NCBI GenBank assembly: GCA_034003325.1
Contig: JAVEYW010000005.1
Coordinates: 156,508-220,507, forward strand
Direction of reading: 5' to 3'
Source of the DNA: Desulfobacterales bacterium
GTDB taxonomy: Bacteria > Desulfobacterota > Desulfobacteria > Desulfobacterales > JAFDDL01
DNA: 64,000 bases
Shown: piece after piece, positions 26,567 to 35,562 of the stretch
How positions within the stretch are numbered: position 1 is the stretch's first letter
Layout of the letters: the number at the start of each line of letters is the position of its first letter
The notes under the pieces: model-generated
What the model was told of the DNA's origin: nothing
The model's database searches: none
Seen by the model: the letters and a program-made list of their open reading frames with translations, nothing else
Program-made: the position numbers and the translations under genes

Positions 26567-26824
26567 CCGACGGCATTAAATGAAGTTGGAATGATAGAAA
26601 AACCTCGAACTGGCGGCGATTGCGCAGCTCTAAAGGCGGCATCCTGCGGCAGCAACTTTTCGAAAAGAGTCGATGATCACATCGGGGTGGTTAGTCGAAA
26701 AAAAAATCGATTCAACAAAACAAATTAAGTTTTGGCGGCGCATGGGCGGAATGGGAACCGCATATGGAAACATGACATGATAAGCACGAGCGCAACTTTA
26801 ACCAAACACAACCCGCAGGGTTTG

Positions 26825-27325
26825 TTACCTGTCGATATCGATCGTCCGGTTTAATTCGTCGTAGAGCGACTTTGAAAAAAGTCCGAATGCGTACCAGAAC
26901 GCGGTGTACCAAGGTGGTCGTCTGAAATTACCAATGGCCAATTCCCACACGCCAAAAATCAGGAGAAGGAGAAACAGTGCACCAGGCAAATCCAGCGCAC
27001 CGTCCGACAGCACATTAATTCCGCAATTTACTTTTCTGATGGGCGCGGCGATGCGTTCGGCAAGCTTTTTGGGTGCCGGCGTGCCGGGGGTAATCAGAAA
27101 TAATTGGCGTTGGGATGCGATGGAACGCACCGCTTCAATGTTGACCGAGTCGTTCTCTATTACCAAGCAGCCCGTTAGCGCCGAAACCGTTATGGTGGAT
27201 GATGAAAGCGCTTCTTTAAGCCAATTTTCAACCTTTTCAAAATAGGCTGAATCCCCTCTTTTCGACATAACTTGAAGACGCAACCGTCTTCTCAGGCTGT
27301 GTTTAATCGTCGCTTCCGGTAACAT
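26825..27325 (-). CDS. HMA2-like domain protein with C-terminal membrane segment(s)
   Basis: RRRLRLQV...VSALTGCLVIEND pattern, then the hydrophobic stretch LPGALFLLLLIFGVWELAIG. Confidence 0.6.
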   Translation of the reverse strand: MLPEATIKHSLRRRLRLQVMSKRGDSAYFEKVENWLKEALSSSTITVSALTGCLVIENDSVNIEAVRSIASQRQLFLITPGTPAPKKLAERIAAPIRKVNCGINVLSDGALDLPGALFLLLLIFGVWELAIGNFRRPPWYTAFWYAFGLFSKSLYDELNRTIDIDR

Positions 27326-27372
27326 GTCAATCCCAATGCACTCGGTTAAAGCCTGTTGTCATCGAAACGGCG

Positions 27373-27624
27373 TCATTCCGGTGTGCTTTCGTTTGCCTGC
27401 AAAATCTCGGATTTGGCTTCAGCCGCCAAATCTTCGAGGGTTTCCTTGGTTTCGGCAATGGTCACCTTGACCCCTTCATAGGCAAGCAGCCCGCCCTTGA
27501 TGATGGCCTTGGCCAGAGGTTTCAGTATGCTGCCGACTACGGGAATAATAACGGGTGCAAGGAGCACGACACCCGCGCCGATGGCAATGTTGCCTACACT
27601 TAATCCGCCGCTGAAAATCTTCAT
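27373..27624 (-). CDS. DUF5132-like small membrane protein (83 aa)
   Basis: GGGAGG 6 nt upstream of ATG 27624. Gly/Ala-rich TM (GNIAIGAGVVLLAPVIIPVVG) followed by an amphipathic acidic helix (LEDLAAEAKSEIL). Assignment is from recalled family appearance only. Confidence 0.5.
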   Translation of the reverse strand: MKIFSGGLSVGNIAIGAGVVLLAPVIIPVVGSILKPLAKAIIKGGLLAYEGVKVTIAETKETLEDLAAEAKSEILQANESTPE

Positions 27625-27767
27625 GCTGCACCTCCCTTTAAAATATATCGTGTGAGACACATGGTTTTACCCTATCATTCGTAATCGAAAAAAGTCGATA
27701 CAAACTTTCATTACTTTACCTACCGGATGAGGGGTTCCCCCGGGTTGGTCGGAGAGAAGCCGTTGGA

Positions 27768-29657
27768 TCATGCGGCATTGGCGTTTGTATGTGTTCGATG
27801 GGTCGTTCCGGCAAGGTAATGGTTAAAATTGAAAAACATCGCTGCGCCATCTTTTCCCATATATCGCGCAAGGGTTTTTTGATCGTTTTTAAATAAATCC
27901 ACAATAATCAGCCCGTCCAATGCATGATTGAACTGTTTGTCCACATTAAAAGCGAGTATCTGGCCGCCGAGATTCAGGTAATGCTTCAGCAGAATCGGAA
28001 TGCCCTTGTTGTCGATTTCGATATCGGAGATAACGGCGTTGACCTCATGGATGTCACGGCAGAAACTTTCCATATCATCCGCTTGACAGCCTTTCACCCG
28101 AACCGGTTTCAAGGCCGGCGGTGATTTTGGCCTCACCATGGCCGCAATATCGCCTGCGTGATGATGCCAGAGCAGGGTTGTGGTTATTAACTGCCGTGAA
28201 AAGTCGCTGTAATCGCGGCTGATACTGACCGGTCCGAACAGCATGCGGTATTTCGGGTTTCTGGCGATGAAATGACCGATTCCTTTCCACAACAACAATA
28301 ACGGAGAATAGGATTTTTGATATTCGGGCCGGACAAAAGACCGGCCCAGCTCAAGCGCCGGTCCGATCTTTTCATAGAAAGCCGTGTGGCTATGAAATAA
28401 AGTCGCGGTATACAGGCCGCTTTTACCGTAACGATCGAGAATAATATCGGTACGGCCGAGACGGTAGGCGCCAACCACTTCACGGGTTTGATTATTCCAG
28501 ATGAAGATATGAAGGTAATGAGAATCAAAAGCGTCCATGTCGATGGCATTCCCGGAGCCCTCGCCTGCCAACCGGAAACTTTGTTCCCGAAGACGGCTGA
28601 TTTCAATCATCAGGCGGGGTATCTGCTCAAAGGAAGCCTGCCAAACCGTGAACGGACCGCTGGTGATAAGTTGCTGGCGTACCGGAAGCGTGTTTATCTC
28701 CGCCAGGAGAACTACCGGATCCATTGGCCCGGCGACCGGCCGGTTGCGGTGCGATGCCTGAGCGGGGTTTGTGTGAGGGGGAGCGGCGCGCCTTTTCCCG
28801 GCGTGACTGAGTAAATAGGTTCGCCATCTGAGGTAACCCATCAACCGGTCTTCCGCGCAGATTGCACGAAGATGCGGATAAGGAATCAACTTTCCGATTT
28901 TGATCGTTATTTTCCGGTTACGTTTATTTACTAATTCGCGTGGCAGCAGAGCGGTTCTCAGGGCCGGATGAATGAGGCCGAGAAGTTGAAATAATGTTCC
29001 GTTTGCGCCATCTATAAAAATCGGCAGAACCGGAGCTTGTGCTTTGTGAATGATCTTGCCGCTGCCCGTATTCCAGGCGGGGTCGGATATTTCGCGCCGG
29101 GAAAGGCTCAAATGGGAAACGGTTCCAGACGGAAATACCAGCAGGGCGCCCCCCTGTTGGACCCATTGAATCGCTTTTCGCATGGGGCCGATATTGGTAT
29201 GCATTGATTTTTCGGAGGGGTTCGGATCCACCGATAATAATAATTCCCGCATTTGGGGAATCCGATCGAGTATGAAATTCGCCATCACCTTGATATCCGG
29301 CCTGATGGAAAGCAACAGCGCCGTCAGCATAATGCCTTCTAATGCGCCGAAAGGGTGATTCGCCACAATCACCAGCGGGCCTTTTTTCGGGATAGCGGCC
29401 TTTTCCGTTTCATTCACGGAGAATTGAATATCGAGGGCGATTAAAATGCTCTCGAAGAATTCACGAGGGCCTTGGTTGGCATCCAGCGTTTGATACAGAT
29501 GCCGGCATTGCTGAATGGCTGTCAGCGATACAAACGGTTTTGCGAGAAGATTCAGGACGCGATGTTCGCGTTTGCCGTTTTCTGGCATAAACGACGTCAT
29601 TGAATGGGGGGATATCGTTTCCGGGAAGAGAAGCAATTGTTTTTCGGCGGATTCCAT
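27768..29657 (-). CDS. Bifunctional acyltransferase: N-terminal PlsC-type plus C-terminal OlsB-like GNAT (OlsF-like aminolipid synthase)
   Basis: The N-terminal half has VIVANHPFGALEG and FPSGTVS (lysophospholipid acyltransferase blocks). The C-terminal half has FDSHYLHIFIWNNQTREVVGAYRLG (N-acyl amino acid synthase / OlsB-like pattern). AGGAGA RBS. Confidence 0.7.
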   Translation of the reverse strand: MESAEKQLLLFPETISPHSMTSFMPENGKREHRVLNLLAKPFVSLTAIQQCRHLYQTLDANQGPREFFESILIALDIQFSVNETEKAAIPKKGPLVIVANHPFGALEGIMLTALLLSIRPDIKVMANFILDRIPQMRELLLSVDPNPSEKSMHTNIGPMRKAIQWVQQGGALLVFPSGTVSHLSLSRREISDPAWNTGSGKIIHKAQAPVLPIFIDGANGTLFQLLGLIHPALRTALLPRELVNKRNRKITIKIGKLIPYPHLRAICAEDRLMGYLRWRTYLLSHAGKRRAAPPHTNPAQASHRNRPVAGPMDPVVLLAEINTLPVRQQLITSGPFTVWQASFEQIPRLMIEISRLREQSFRLAGEGSGNAIDMDAFDSHYLHIFIWNNQTREVVGAYRLGRTDIILDRYGKSGLYTATLFHSHTAFYEKIGPALELGRSFVRPEYQKSYSPLLLLWKGIGHFIARNPKYRMLFGPVSISRDYSDFSRQLITTTLLWHHHAGDIAAMVRPKSPPALKPVRVKGCQADDMESFCRDIHEVNAVISDIEIDNKGIPILLKHYLNLGGQILAFNVDKQFNHALDGLIIVDLFKNDQKTLARYMGKDGAAMFFNFNHYLAGTTHRTHTNANAA

Positions 29658-30058
29658 TTTATTCTCCTATGATAAGGTTTGACGAACCGGCGGCACACCT
29701 TTCCGTTCGGGTTGCTTTTCGGGCAAGGGGCTTTTTTTTCCTTGAAACCGATATCGAATTGAATAGGCCCTGATCGTTATTATTTTACTAGCGTTTGATT
29801 AATATACCGCAAGATGGAGAACGGTCATAAAAACAGCCGGCAGCACCGATTCCGTTTTCCGGACAAGCATATATTGATTGAAATGAAGAGATGTTGATGC
29901 TACGATTCATCATCAAAACCATTCTTATCAGTGCCTTTATCAGAAATATACGGGCACGAACGCGCTTGTTCGTATCTATTCAATAGTGATTGTTGATGTC
30001 TGCGTCTTTTGACCTTCCAGCTTTCAGCTTACGGCGTTGCCGGGATCGGAGATGGGGT

Positions 30059-31390
30059 ATGGCAAATCGAAAGAAAAAAAATTTTGTCCTGGATACCAAT
30101 GTCATTTTACATGACAGCAGTTGCCTTTACCAATTTGATGAACACAATGTCGTGATTCCGATTTCCGTGATTGAGGAATTAGACGGGTTTAAACGGGGCA
30201 AAGAGACCATCCATTGCAACGCACGAGAATTTCTTCGCAATCTGGATATGCTATCCGGCGATAAGCTGTTCAACGGCGGTGTCAGCATCGGCTCGGGAAA
30301 AGGCAAAGTCAGCATTCATCTGGGGGGTGAGTTTCATGAAAAACTGAAGATGAACTTTTCAGTCGGAAAATCCGACCATCATATTTTGAACACGGCGTAT
30401 CGGATTGCCGAAAAAACGTCCTTTGAACAAACGGTTTTGGTGACAAAGGATGTCAACCTGAGAATGAAAGCAAAATCCATCGGTCTTAAGGCGGAAGATT
30501 ATACTACCGATCACGTTAAAAATATTTCCGAAATATACAAAGGTCGTCATGTCCTGGAAGATTTTCCCCTACCCGCCATCGAGCAACTCTACCAGCTTCC
30601 GTTTGAAACGCCATTGCCGGAAGCCCTATCCCGTGAGCCGCTGATGCCGAATGAATATCTGATTATGAAAAACGGCAGCGTGTCGGCCCTGGGCGTATTT
30701 GATCCGGCTATCGGGAAAATTCGTCGCATTGAAAGTAAACCCTGCTCGGGTGTCAAAGCGCGAAATGCGGAACAGGTTTTTGCATTGGACGCGCTCATGA
30801 ACCGCAACATTCCGCTGGTCACGCTTACCGGAAAAGCGGGAACCGGTAAAACGCTCGTGGCGCTGGCTGCCGCACTGGAAAGTAAAAAGTTTTACCGTCA
30901 GATTTTTCTGGCCCGGCCGGCGGTGCCCCTGAGCAACAAGGATATCGGCTTTCTGCCCGGTGATATCAAGAGCAAACTGGACCCTTATATGCAGCCGCTT
31001 TTTGATAACCTGTCCGTCATCGAAAACCGGCCTTGCGGGGACAGCAATCGGAAGATGCAGGTCAAGGAACTCCTGGATTCCGAAAAAATTATCATCACGC
31101 CGCTTTCTTACATTCGCGGCCGGAGCATCGTGAAAGTCTTTTTCATTGTGGATGAGGCGCAGAACCTGACCCCCCATGAGGTCAAAACGATCATTACCCG
31201 GGCCGGGGAGGGGACCAAGATTGTTTTGACGGGAGATATTTTCCAGATCGATCACCCGTATCTGGACAGTCAGTCAAACGGGCTGAGCTACCTCATCGAG
31301 CGAATGAAAGGACAAAAGCTCTATGCCCACGTCAATTTGGAAAAAGGGGAGCGCTCCGAGCTTTCCGAACTCGCCATTTCGTTGCTGTAG
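30059..31390 (+). CDS. PIN-PhoH fusion ATPase (PhoH2 / YlaK type)
   Basis: PIN (FVLDTNVILHD, VVIPISVIEELD), then a PhoH ATPase (GKAGTGKT Walker A, FFIVDEAQNLTPHEVKTIITRAGEGTKIVLTGD). Confidence 0.85.
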   Translation: MANRKKKNFVLDTNVILHDSSCLYQFDEHNVVIPISVIEELDGFKRGKETIHCNAREFLRNLDMLSGDKLFNGGVSIGSGKGKVSIHLGGEFHEKLKMNFSVGKSDHHILNTAYRIAEKTSFEQTVLVTKDVNLRMKAKSIGLKAEDYTTDHVKNISEIYKGRHVLEDFPLPAIEQLYQLPFETPLPEALSREPLMPNEYLIMKNGSVSALGVFDPAIGKIRRIESKPCSGVKARNAEQVFALDALMNRNIPLVTLTGKAGTGKTLVALAAALESKKFYRQIFLARPAVPLSNKDIGFLPGDIKSKLDPYMQPLFDNLSVIENRPCGDSNRKMQVKELLDSEKIIITPLSYIRGRSIVKVFFIVDEAQNLTPHEVKTIITRAGEGTKIVLTGDIFQIDHPYLDSQSNGLSYLIERMKGQKLYAHVNLEKGERSELSELAISLL

Positions 31391-31426
31391 ATTCGACAAG
31401 TAAAATATTCAAGAAACCGAATGACT

Positions 31427-31543
31427 TTCAGACCCTTTACCAGAAACATGCACGCTTTTGCGTGTATATTCGCCGAAGGTGAAAAATGGCTTTTATGCAT
31501 CCGGGCATCCCAGCATCCCAGCATCCGGCTTTGCCGGATTAGG
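31427..31543 (+). repeat. Family-1 structured intergenic element, copy B
   Basis: Same consensus with four 8-mer units (GCATCCGG GCATCCCA GCATCCCA GCATCCGG). Starts 37 nt after the PhoH2 stop. Confidence 0.85.
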
Positions 31544-31713
31544 TGCTTATCACCGATAAGGTGCGGCTCGGTAACATTTTATGGGCCGGCTAACAATGAC
31601 CTAACAATTGAAGGGTAGACTGAAACAGAATCGATCGCATGACGGGAGAATGTGGCGAGTGCCCCATAACGTGATCGTCACCTGTTTTTTATGGAAAGGC
31701 GTGTGAGGCCAAT

Positions 31714-32064
31714 ATGTTGTCCTTAAATTATGATATCGGTGAGTTTATCAGAGCGCTGGGAAGCAGGGATCGTCATGAAGCGATCTGGCTGGCCCATCAA
31801 GAGGCCTTGTCGGTGGAGCGATTGCTTCTAAAACCGATGTTGACGATCAATCTCAAAAAACAACAAATGGAAAAATACTCGATGGATCTTAAAAATCTAA
31901 TTGCCTCCATCCGATACCTTTCCGTTCCTAAAAAAGTGTATGGCGCCGGATGGTTTGAGCTTTTGAATCGGCAGTTTCAACGTGGTGAGTTGCCTTCTGA
32001 TCACTGGCGGCGCGAATCTTATACGCAAAAAAAACGGCCTTACCCAATTTTAACCGATTTTTAA
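31714..32064 (+). CDS. Hypothetical protein (116 aa)
   Basis: ORF with plausible composition and a weak RBS. No motif recognised. Confidence 0.4.
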   Translation: MLSLNYDIGEFIRALGSRDRHEAIWLAHQEALSVERLLLKPMLTINLKKQQMEKYSMDLKNLIASIRYLSVPKKVYGAGWFELLNRQFQRGELPSDHWRRESYTQKKRPYPILTDF

Positions 32065-32146
32065 TCCGCGCCCAATCGCAATCTCCCAATATACATTCGG
32101 TCGTATTTAGGCCGATATCGTTGATCCATAACAGGGGAGAATGCGT

Positions 32147-34567
32147 ATGGGGTATAGCCGTGCCGGGATTTTCCAACTTCCCGGGCCGAATCGGTCCGGG
32201 CGACTAAGCACCCATGATCCGGAAAGAATTCGGCATCTCTTGTCCGTGCCGGCGCCGGGTCATTCATTGTTTGCAATGCACCTGCCTTTTGCCGGTAACG
32301 ATACCACCGCCGGGATTGAAAACGAGATTCAAACCGCGGTTATCGGCACGGCCGATTCAGCGGACTTGCCACTGGCCATCAAAGCCTCCAGTTACTATAA
32401 GAATCTTCTTCGGCGAACCGCATCGGGCGATTGCTCCAAAAAGTTGATTGAAGGCCTTACCGATTATCTGGAAGACGATCGGGTGAGCGTTTGGGAAAAT
32501 AGTTGGGTCCGATTCGCGCTGAACCTGCTGAACGATTATGCGCGTCGAGTGTTAAACCGCGATCTGGCGGCGGATAAAACCGTTACCGACGGCCCGCCGC
32601 GGGGGGATTGCCACCGATTTTTGATGGATCGGGGTGAGCCGGGAGCGTTGCGAATACCGGTAAGTTATCTACTGAAATTGGCCCTGGCCGATGCCATTGG
32701 TGGTGAGAAGACCGACGGGATGGTTCGAGCGTCCGGGGAGCTGGCCATGGAGCATTTCTCCAATGACAACACGAGCCCGGAAACATGCTCGTTTTATCCG
32801 GTGCCGACGCGTTATGGGGCCGGATTGGGCATGGGTGTCGTGAAGGAAACGGCCAAGCGCTTTTTGCTCTGCCAGCTTTTGACCGAGTATGCCAATCAAA
32901 AATTCCGGTTGACGCAGACCGGACAGCGAACCGTGGTTTATTTTGCGCCCAACCCGCCGTACCGTCAGCGATTATTGAACAATTTGATACCGGACGCTTT
33001 TTATCGGGAGCTATTCATGAGTCCCTGCTTGTCCGGGTGGCGTTGCGGCGAGGACAAATACCGTTATATGGTCAAATGCCATCAGGTGCTTTCCCGAAGC
33101 CAGCTAAACGCCCTTCATAAGTTAAAAGATGCCAATATCATCGTGAATAACCTTGTGGTGTTGCCCAACACCTCCAATGTGAGTCTGGCCAATAACGGCA
33201 CGCATATCAGCCTGGGCAGCCGGAAACTGACCCGGCTGCTGAAGGACCCCGGTTCGGGGTTCGGTCCCGCGGACGAAAAGTATCTGGGGGATCTCGTCAT
33301 TAAGATCATGGAGCATTTTTTGCCGCTTTTTGTCGGCACCTACAGCGCGGCGCCGTATCGGTTCGATTTTCAGGATTTTCACCCCGAAAAGATGCTCGGG
33401 TTTTTGCCCCACGAGCTGGATTATACGCATTTGCGAATGCTCTGGCGCCGGTGGAAGAAAAAGGCTTCGCTGAAACTTTTCGGTCATCCGGTCACGCCCT
33501 TTGGACCGGAGTGGCTGGATCGGTTGCTGAGTCGTGTTTGCGGGCTCAAAGGCGATACGGTATGCGATTTGAGGTTGCTCGATTATTTCGTGTCCGTCCT
33601 GAGCACCGATGAGAATCCGGCCCTGAACGGGGAATTGAACAATGAAGTGGGGCTCAAACAGGATTTGGCGAATATGGGGGTTTTTGACACCGAGATGCCG
33701 TTATACCTGCTGTATCGGCTGCGGCAATGCCGGCAAATGGGGTTTTCCGGTTTTGAGGGCCGTTACTACAGTTTGTTTGAAAGCCTGACCGGGGACATGA
33801 GTCGCGCAGTGGAGCTTCAGACCTTGTTGACGGCGCTGGCGTATAAATACATACTGGCCGGAACGGTTTCACATGAAGATATTCCCGACAGCCCCACCAT
33901 TGAAAGCGAACGGCGGCAATTTTTTTTCGGTGCGGCCATCGGTATTCCCACTTTTTATGTCCACAAGAAGACGCAGAACCGGTTTCTGCTCAAAATTCTT
34001 CGCCATGCCCGCCATACACGCGCAAGCCGCCGCTATCCGGACTATGTGCGCGTGCATCATTCGGCATACCAAATGGCGTTGATTCACATGCTGAAAGAAG
34101 ATGCTTCGGATTTGCTCGAGCTATTCCATGCGGCGCCTCTGGTTGAAGACCTTGAAAATCGATTGCTGCACGCAGACGAATGTTCCGCGGCCGGGAAAAT
34201 GACGAGGCGCATTCTTTCGGACTTCGGGGTATCCGATCCGCTGAAGGTCGATGCCCTGGCGTTTAACACGCGGTCCGAAACCATCTTCCGTGAGCAATTG
34301 CTTCGAAAGCATGTGAATGAGGCCTTTGATTTGCTGCTGGATGATGTCCGGGTGCTTGACTCGTTTGATTCATGGCGCCACGGCGCATACAACAAATCAT
34401 TACTGAGCATACTGGCAGCCGGAAATGCCGGCGATTTTGTTCAAGCCGGCCGCAGGGATTTCCACGCCGGAGAGATTCAACTTGAAACCGTTCAAAAGCT
34501 GATTCACTTGTGTTTGCTGACCATCGATCATGACCGCCGGCAAAGTGAGAAAGTGATTAACCTATGA
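32147..34567 (+). CDS. Large conserved-looking protein of unknown function (806 aa)
   Basis: GGGGAG 7 nt upstream of ATG 32147. Soluble, no TM segments, no motif I can assign. The stop overlaps the next start (ATGA). Confidence 0.7.
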   Translation: MGYSRAGIFQLPGPNRSGRLSTHDPERIRHLLSVPAPGHSLFAMHLPFAGNDTTAGIENEIQTAVIGTADSADLPLAIKASSYYKNLLRRTASGDCSKKLIEGLTDYLEDDRVSVWENSWVRFALNLLNDYARRVLNRDLAADKTVTDGPPRGDCHRFLMDRGEPGALRIPVSYLLKLALADAIGGEKTDGMVRASGELAMEHFSNDNTSPETCSFYPVPTRYGAGLGMGVVKETAKRFLLCQLLTEYANQKFRLTQTGQRTVVYFAPNPPYRQRLLNNLIPDAFYRELFMSPCLSGWRCGEDKYRYMVKCHQVLSRSQLNALHKLKDANIIVNNLVVLPNTSNVSLANNGTHISLGSRKLTRLLKDPGSGFGPADEKYLGDLVIKIMEHFLPLFVGTYSAAPYRFDFQDFHPEKMLGFLPHELDYTHLRMLWRRWKKKASLKLFGHPVTPFGPEWLDRLLSRVCGLKGDTVCDLRLLDYFVSVLSTDENPALNGELNNEVGLKQDLANMGVFDTEMPLYLLYRLRQCRQMGFSGFEGRYYSLFESLTGDMSRAVELQTLLTALAYKYILAGTVSHEDIPDSPTIESERRQFFFGAAIGIPTFYVHKKTQNRFLLKILRHARHTRASRRYPDYVRVHHSAYQMALIHMLKEDASDLLELFHAAPLVEDLENRLLHADECSAAGKMTRRILSDFGVSDPLKVDALAFNTRSETIFREQLLRKHVNEAFDLLLDDVRVLDSFDSWRHGAYNKSLLSILAAGNAGDFVQAGRRDFHAGEIQLETVQKLIHLCLLTIDHDRRQSEKVINL

Positions 34568-35562
34568 GACACCAGTACATTGCCCGCGATTCCGCGGCCG
34601 TAGTGACCGAAAGACTGATTGCCGATCAATGGGTGGGGGTGTTGTATGCTTCGGTCAGGGAACAGAGCCCGTTTCTATTCAAGTTGCTGACATCGGCAAG
34701 AATGTCGGCGCTGCTCGGATGCCTCCAATTTGATTCCGTTCATACCTCCGCGCGAAAAATGATTCGCCGGCTTGGCGTCGATCCGCTGGAGTGTCTTGCC
34801 CCCATGAATCAGCTGAATTCGCCCCGCAAGGTATTTGAACGCAAAATTTGCTACTGGCGATGCCGCCCCTTGCCGCTGCAGGAATCCGACATTGTCGCGC
34901 CGGCGGATTCCAGAATGCTGGTGGGATCATTTCGCAGCGAGTCCCAAGTCTTTGTCAAAGAAAAATTCTTTGATTTTGAACAACTGCTGGGAGCGAACAA
35001 AGTATCGTGGCTTTCCGCCTTTCATCACGGCGGCTATGCCGTCTTTCGGTTAACGCCTGAAAAGTATCATTATTCCCATACGCCGGTCTCAGGACGCGTC
35101 ATTGATTTTTATGACATCAGCGGCGCCTATCATTCATGCAATCCAAGCGCCGTGGTAGAGATGGCGCAGCCCTATTCAAAGAACAAACGGGTCGTGACCA
35201 TCATCGACACGGATGTGGCCGGCGGTACCGGGGTCGGGCTGGTGGCCATGATTGAAGTGGTGGCGTTGATGATCGGCGATATTCTTCAGTGCTATAGCGA
35301 AGCACGGTATGATGAGCCCGTGGGCATCACCCCGGGAATGTTTTTGAAAAAAGGGCAACCCAAGGGGCTCTTTCGGCCGGGCAGCTCGGTGGTTATTTTG
35401 ATATTTCAGGAACATCGGATTGAGTTTTGTGAAGATATTCTTCTGAACTTGCATCGAACCGATGTCGTCAGCCGGTTTTCGGCCGGTTTCGGCCAAACCC
35501 TCGTGGAAACGGAAGTCAATGTCCGGTCCAAAATCGCCTATGGGAGCGCTGCGCCATGTTAA
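34564..35562 (+). CDS. psd: Phosphatidylserine decarboxylase family proenzyme
   Basis: PSD pattern: FRLTPEKYHYSHTPVSG..SCNPSAV..KNKRVV, and a GSS self-cleavage motif in LFRPGSSVVILIF close to the C-terminus. Confidence 0.75.
   Translation: MRHQYIARDSAAVVTERLIADQWVGVLYASVREQSPFLFKLLTSARMSALLGCLQFDSVHTSARKMIRRLGVDPLECLAPMNQLNSPRKVFERKICYWRCRPLPLQESDIVAPADSRMLVGSFRSESQVFVKEKFFDFEQLLGANKVSWLSAFHHGGYAVFRLTPEKYHYSHTPVSGRVIDFYDISGAYHSCNPSAVVEMAQPYSKNKRVVTIIDTDVAGGTGVGLVAMIEVVALMIGDILQCYSEARYDEPVGITPGMFLKKGQPKGLFRPGSSVVILIFQEHRIEFCEDILLNLHRTDVVSRFSAGFGQTLVETEVNVRSKIAYGSAAPC

Noticed and set aside
23486-27624. Ferrosome (fez) or magnetosome-type organelle cluster.
   Set aside because: Ferrosome clusters centre on a P1B-6 ATPase. 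This pump has P2-type features (PEGLP, cation_ATPase N/C regions). No Fez- or Mam-like proteins were recognised.
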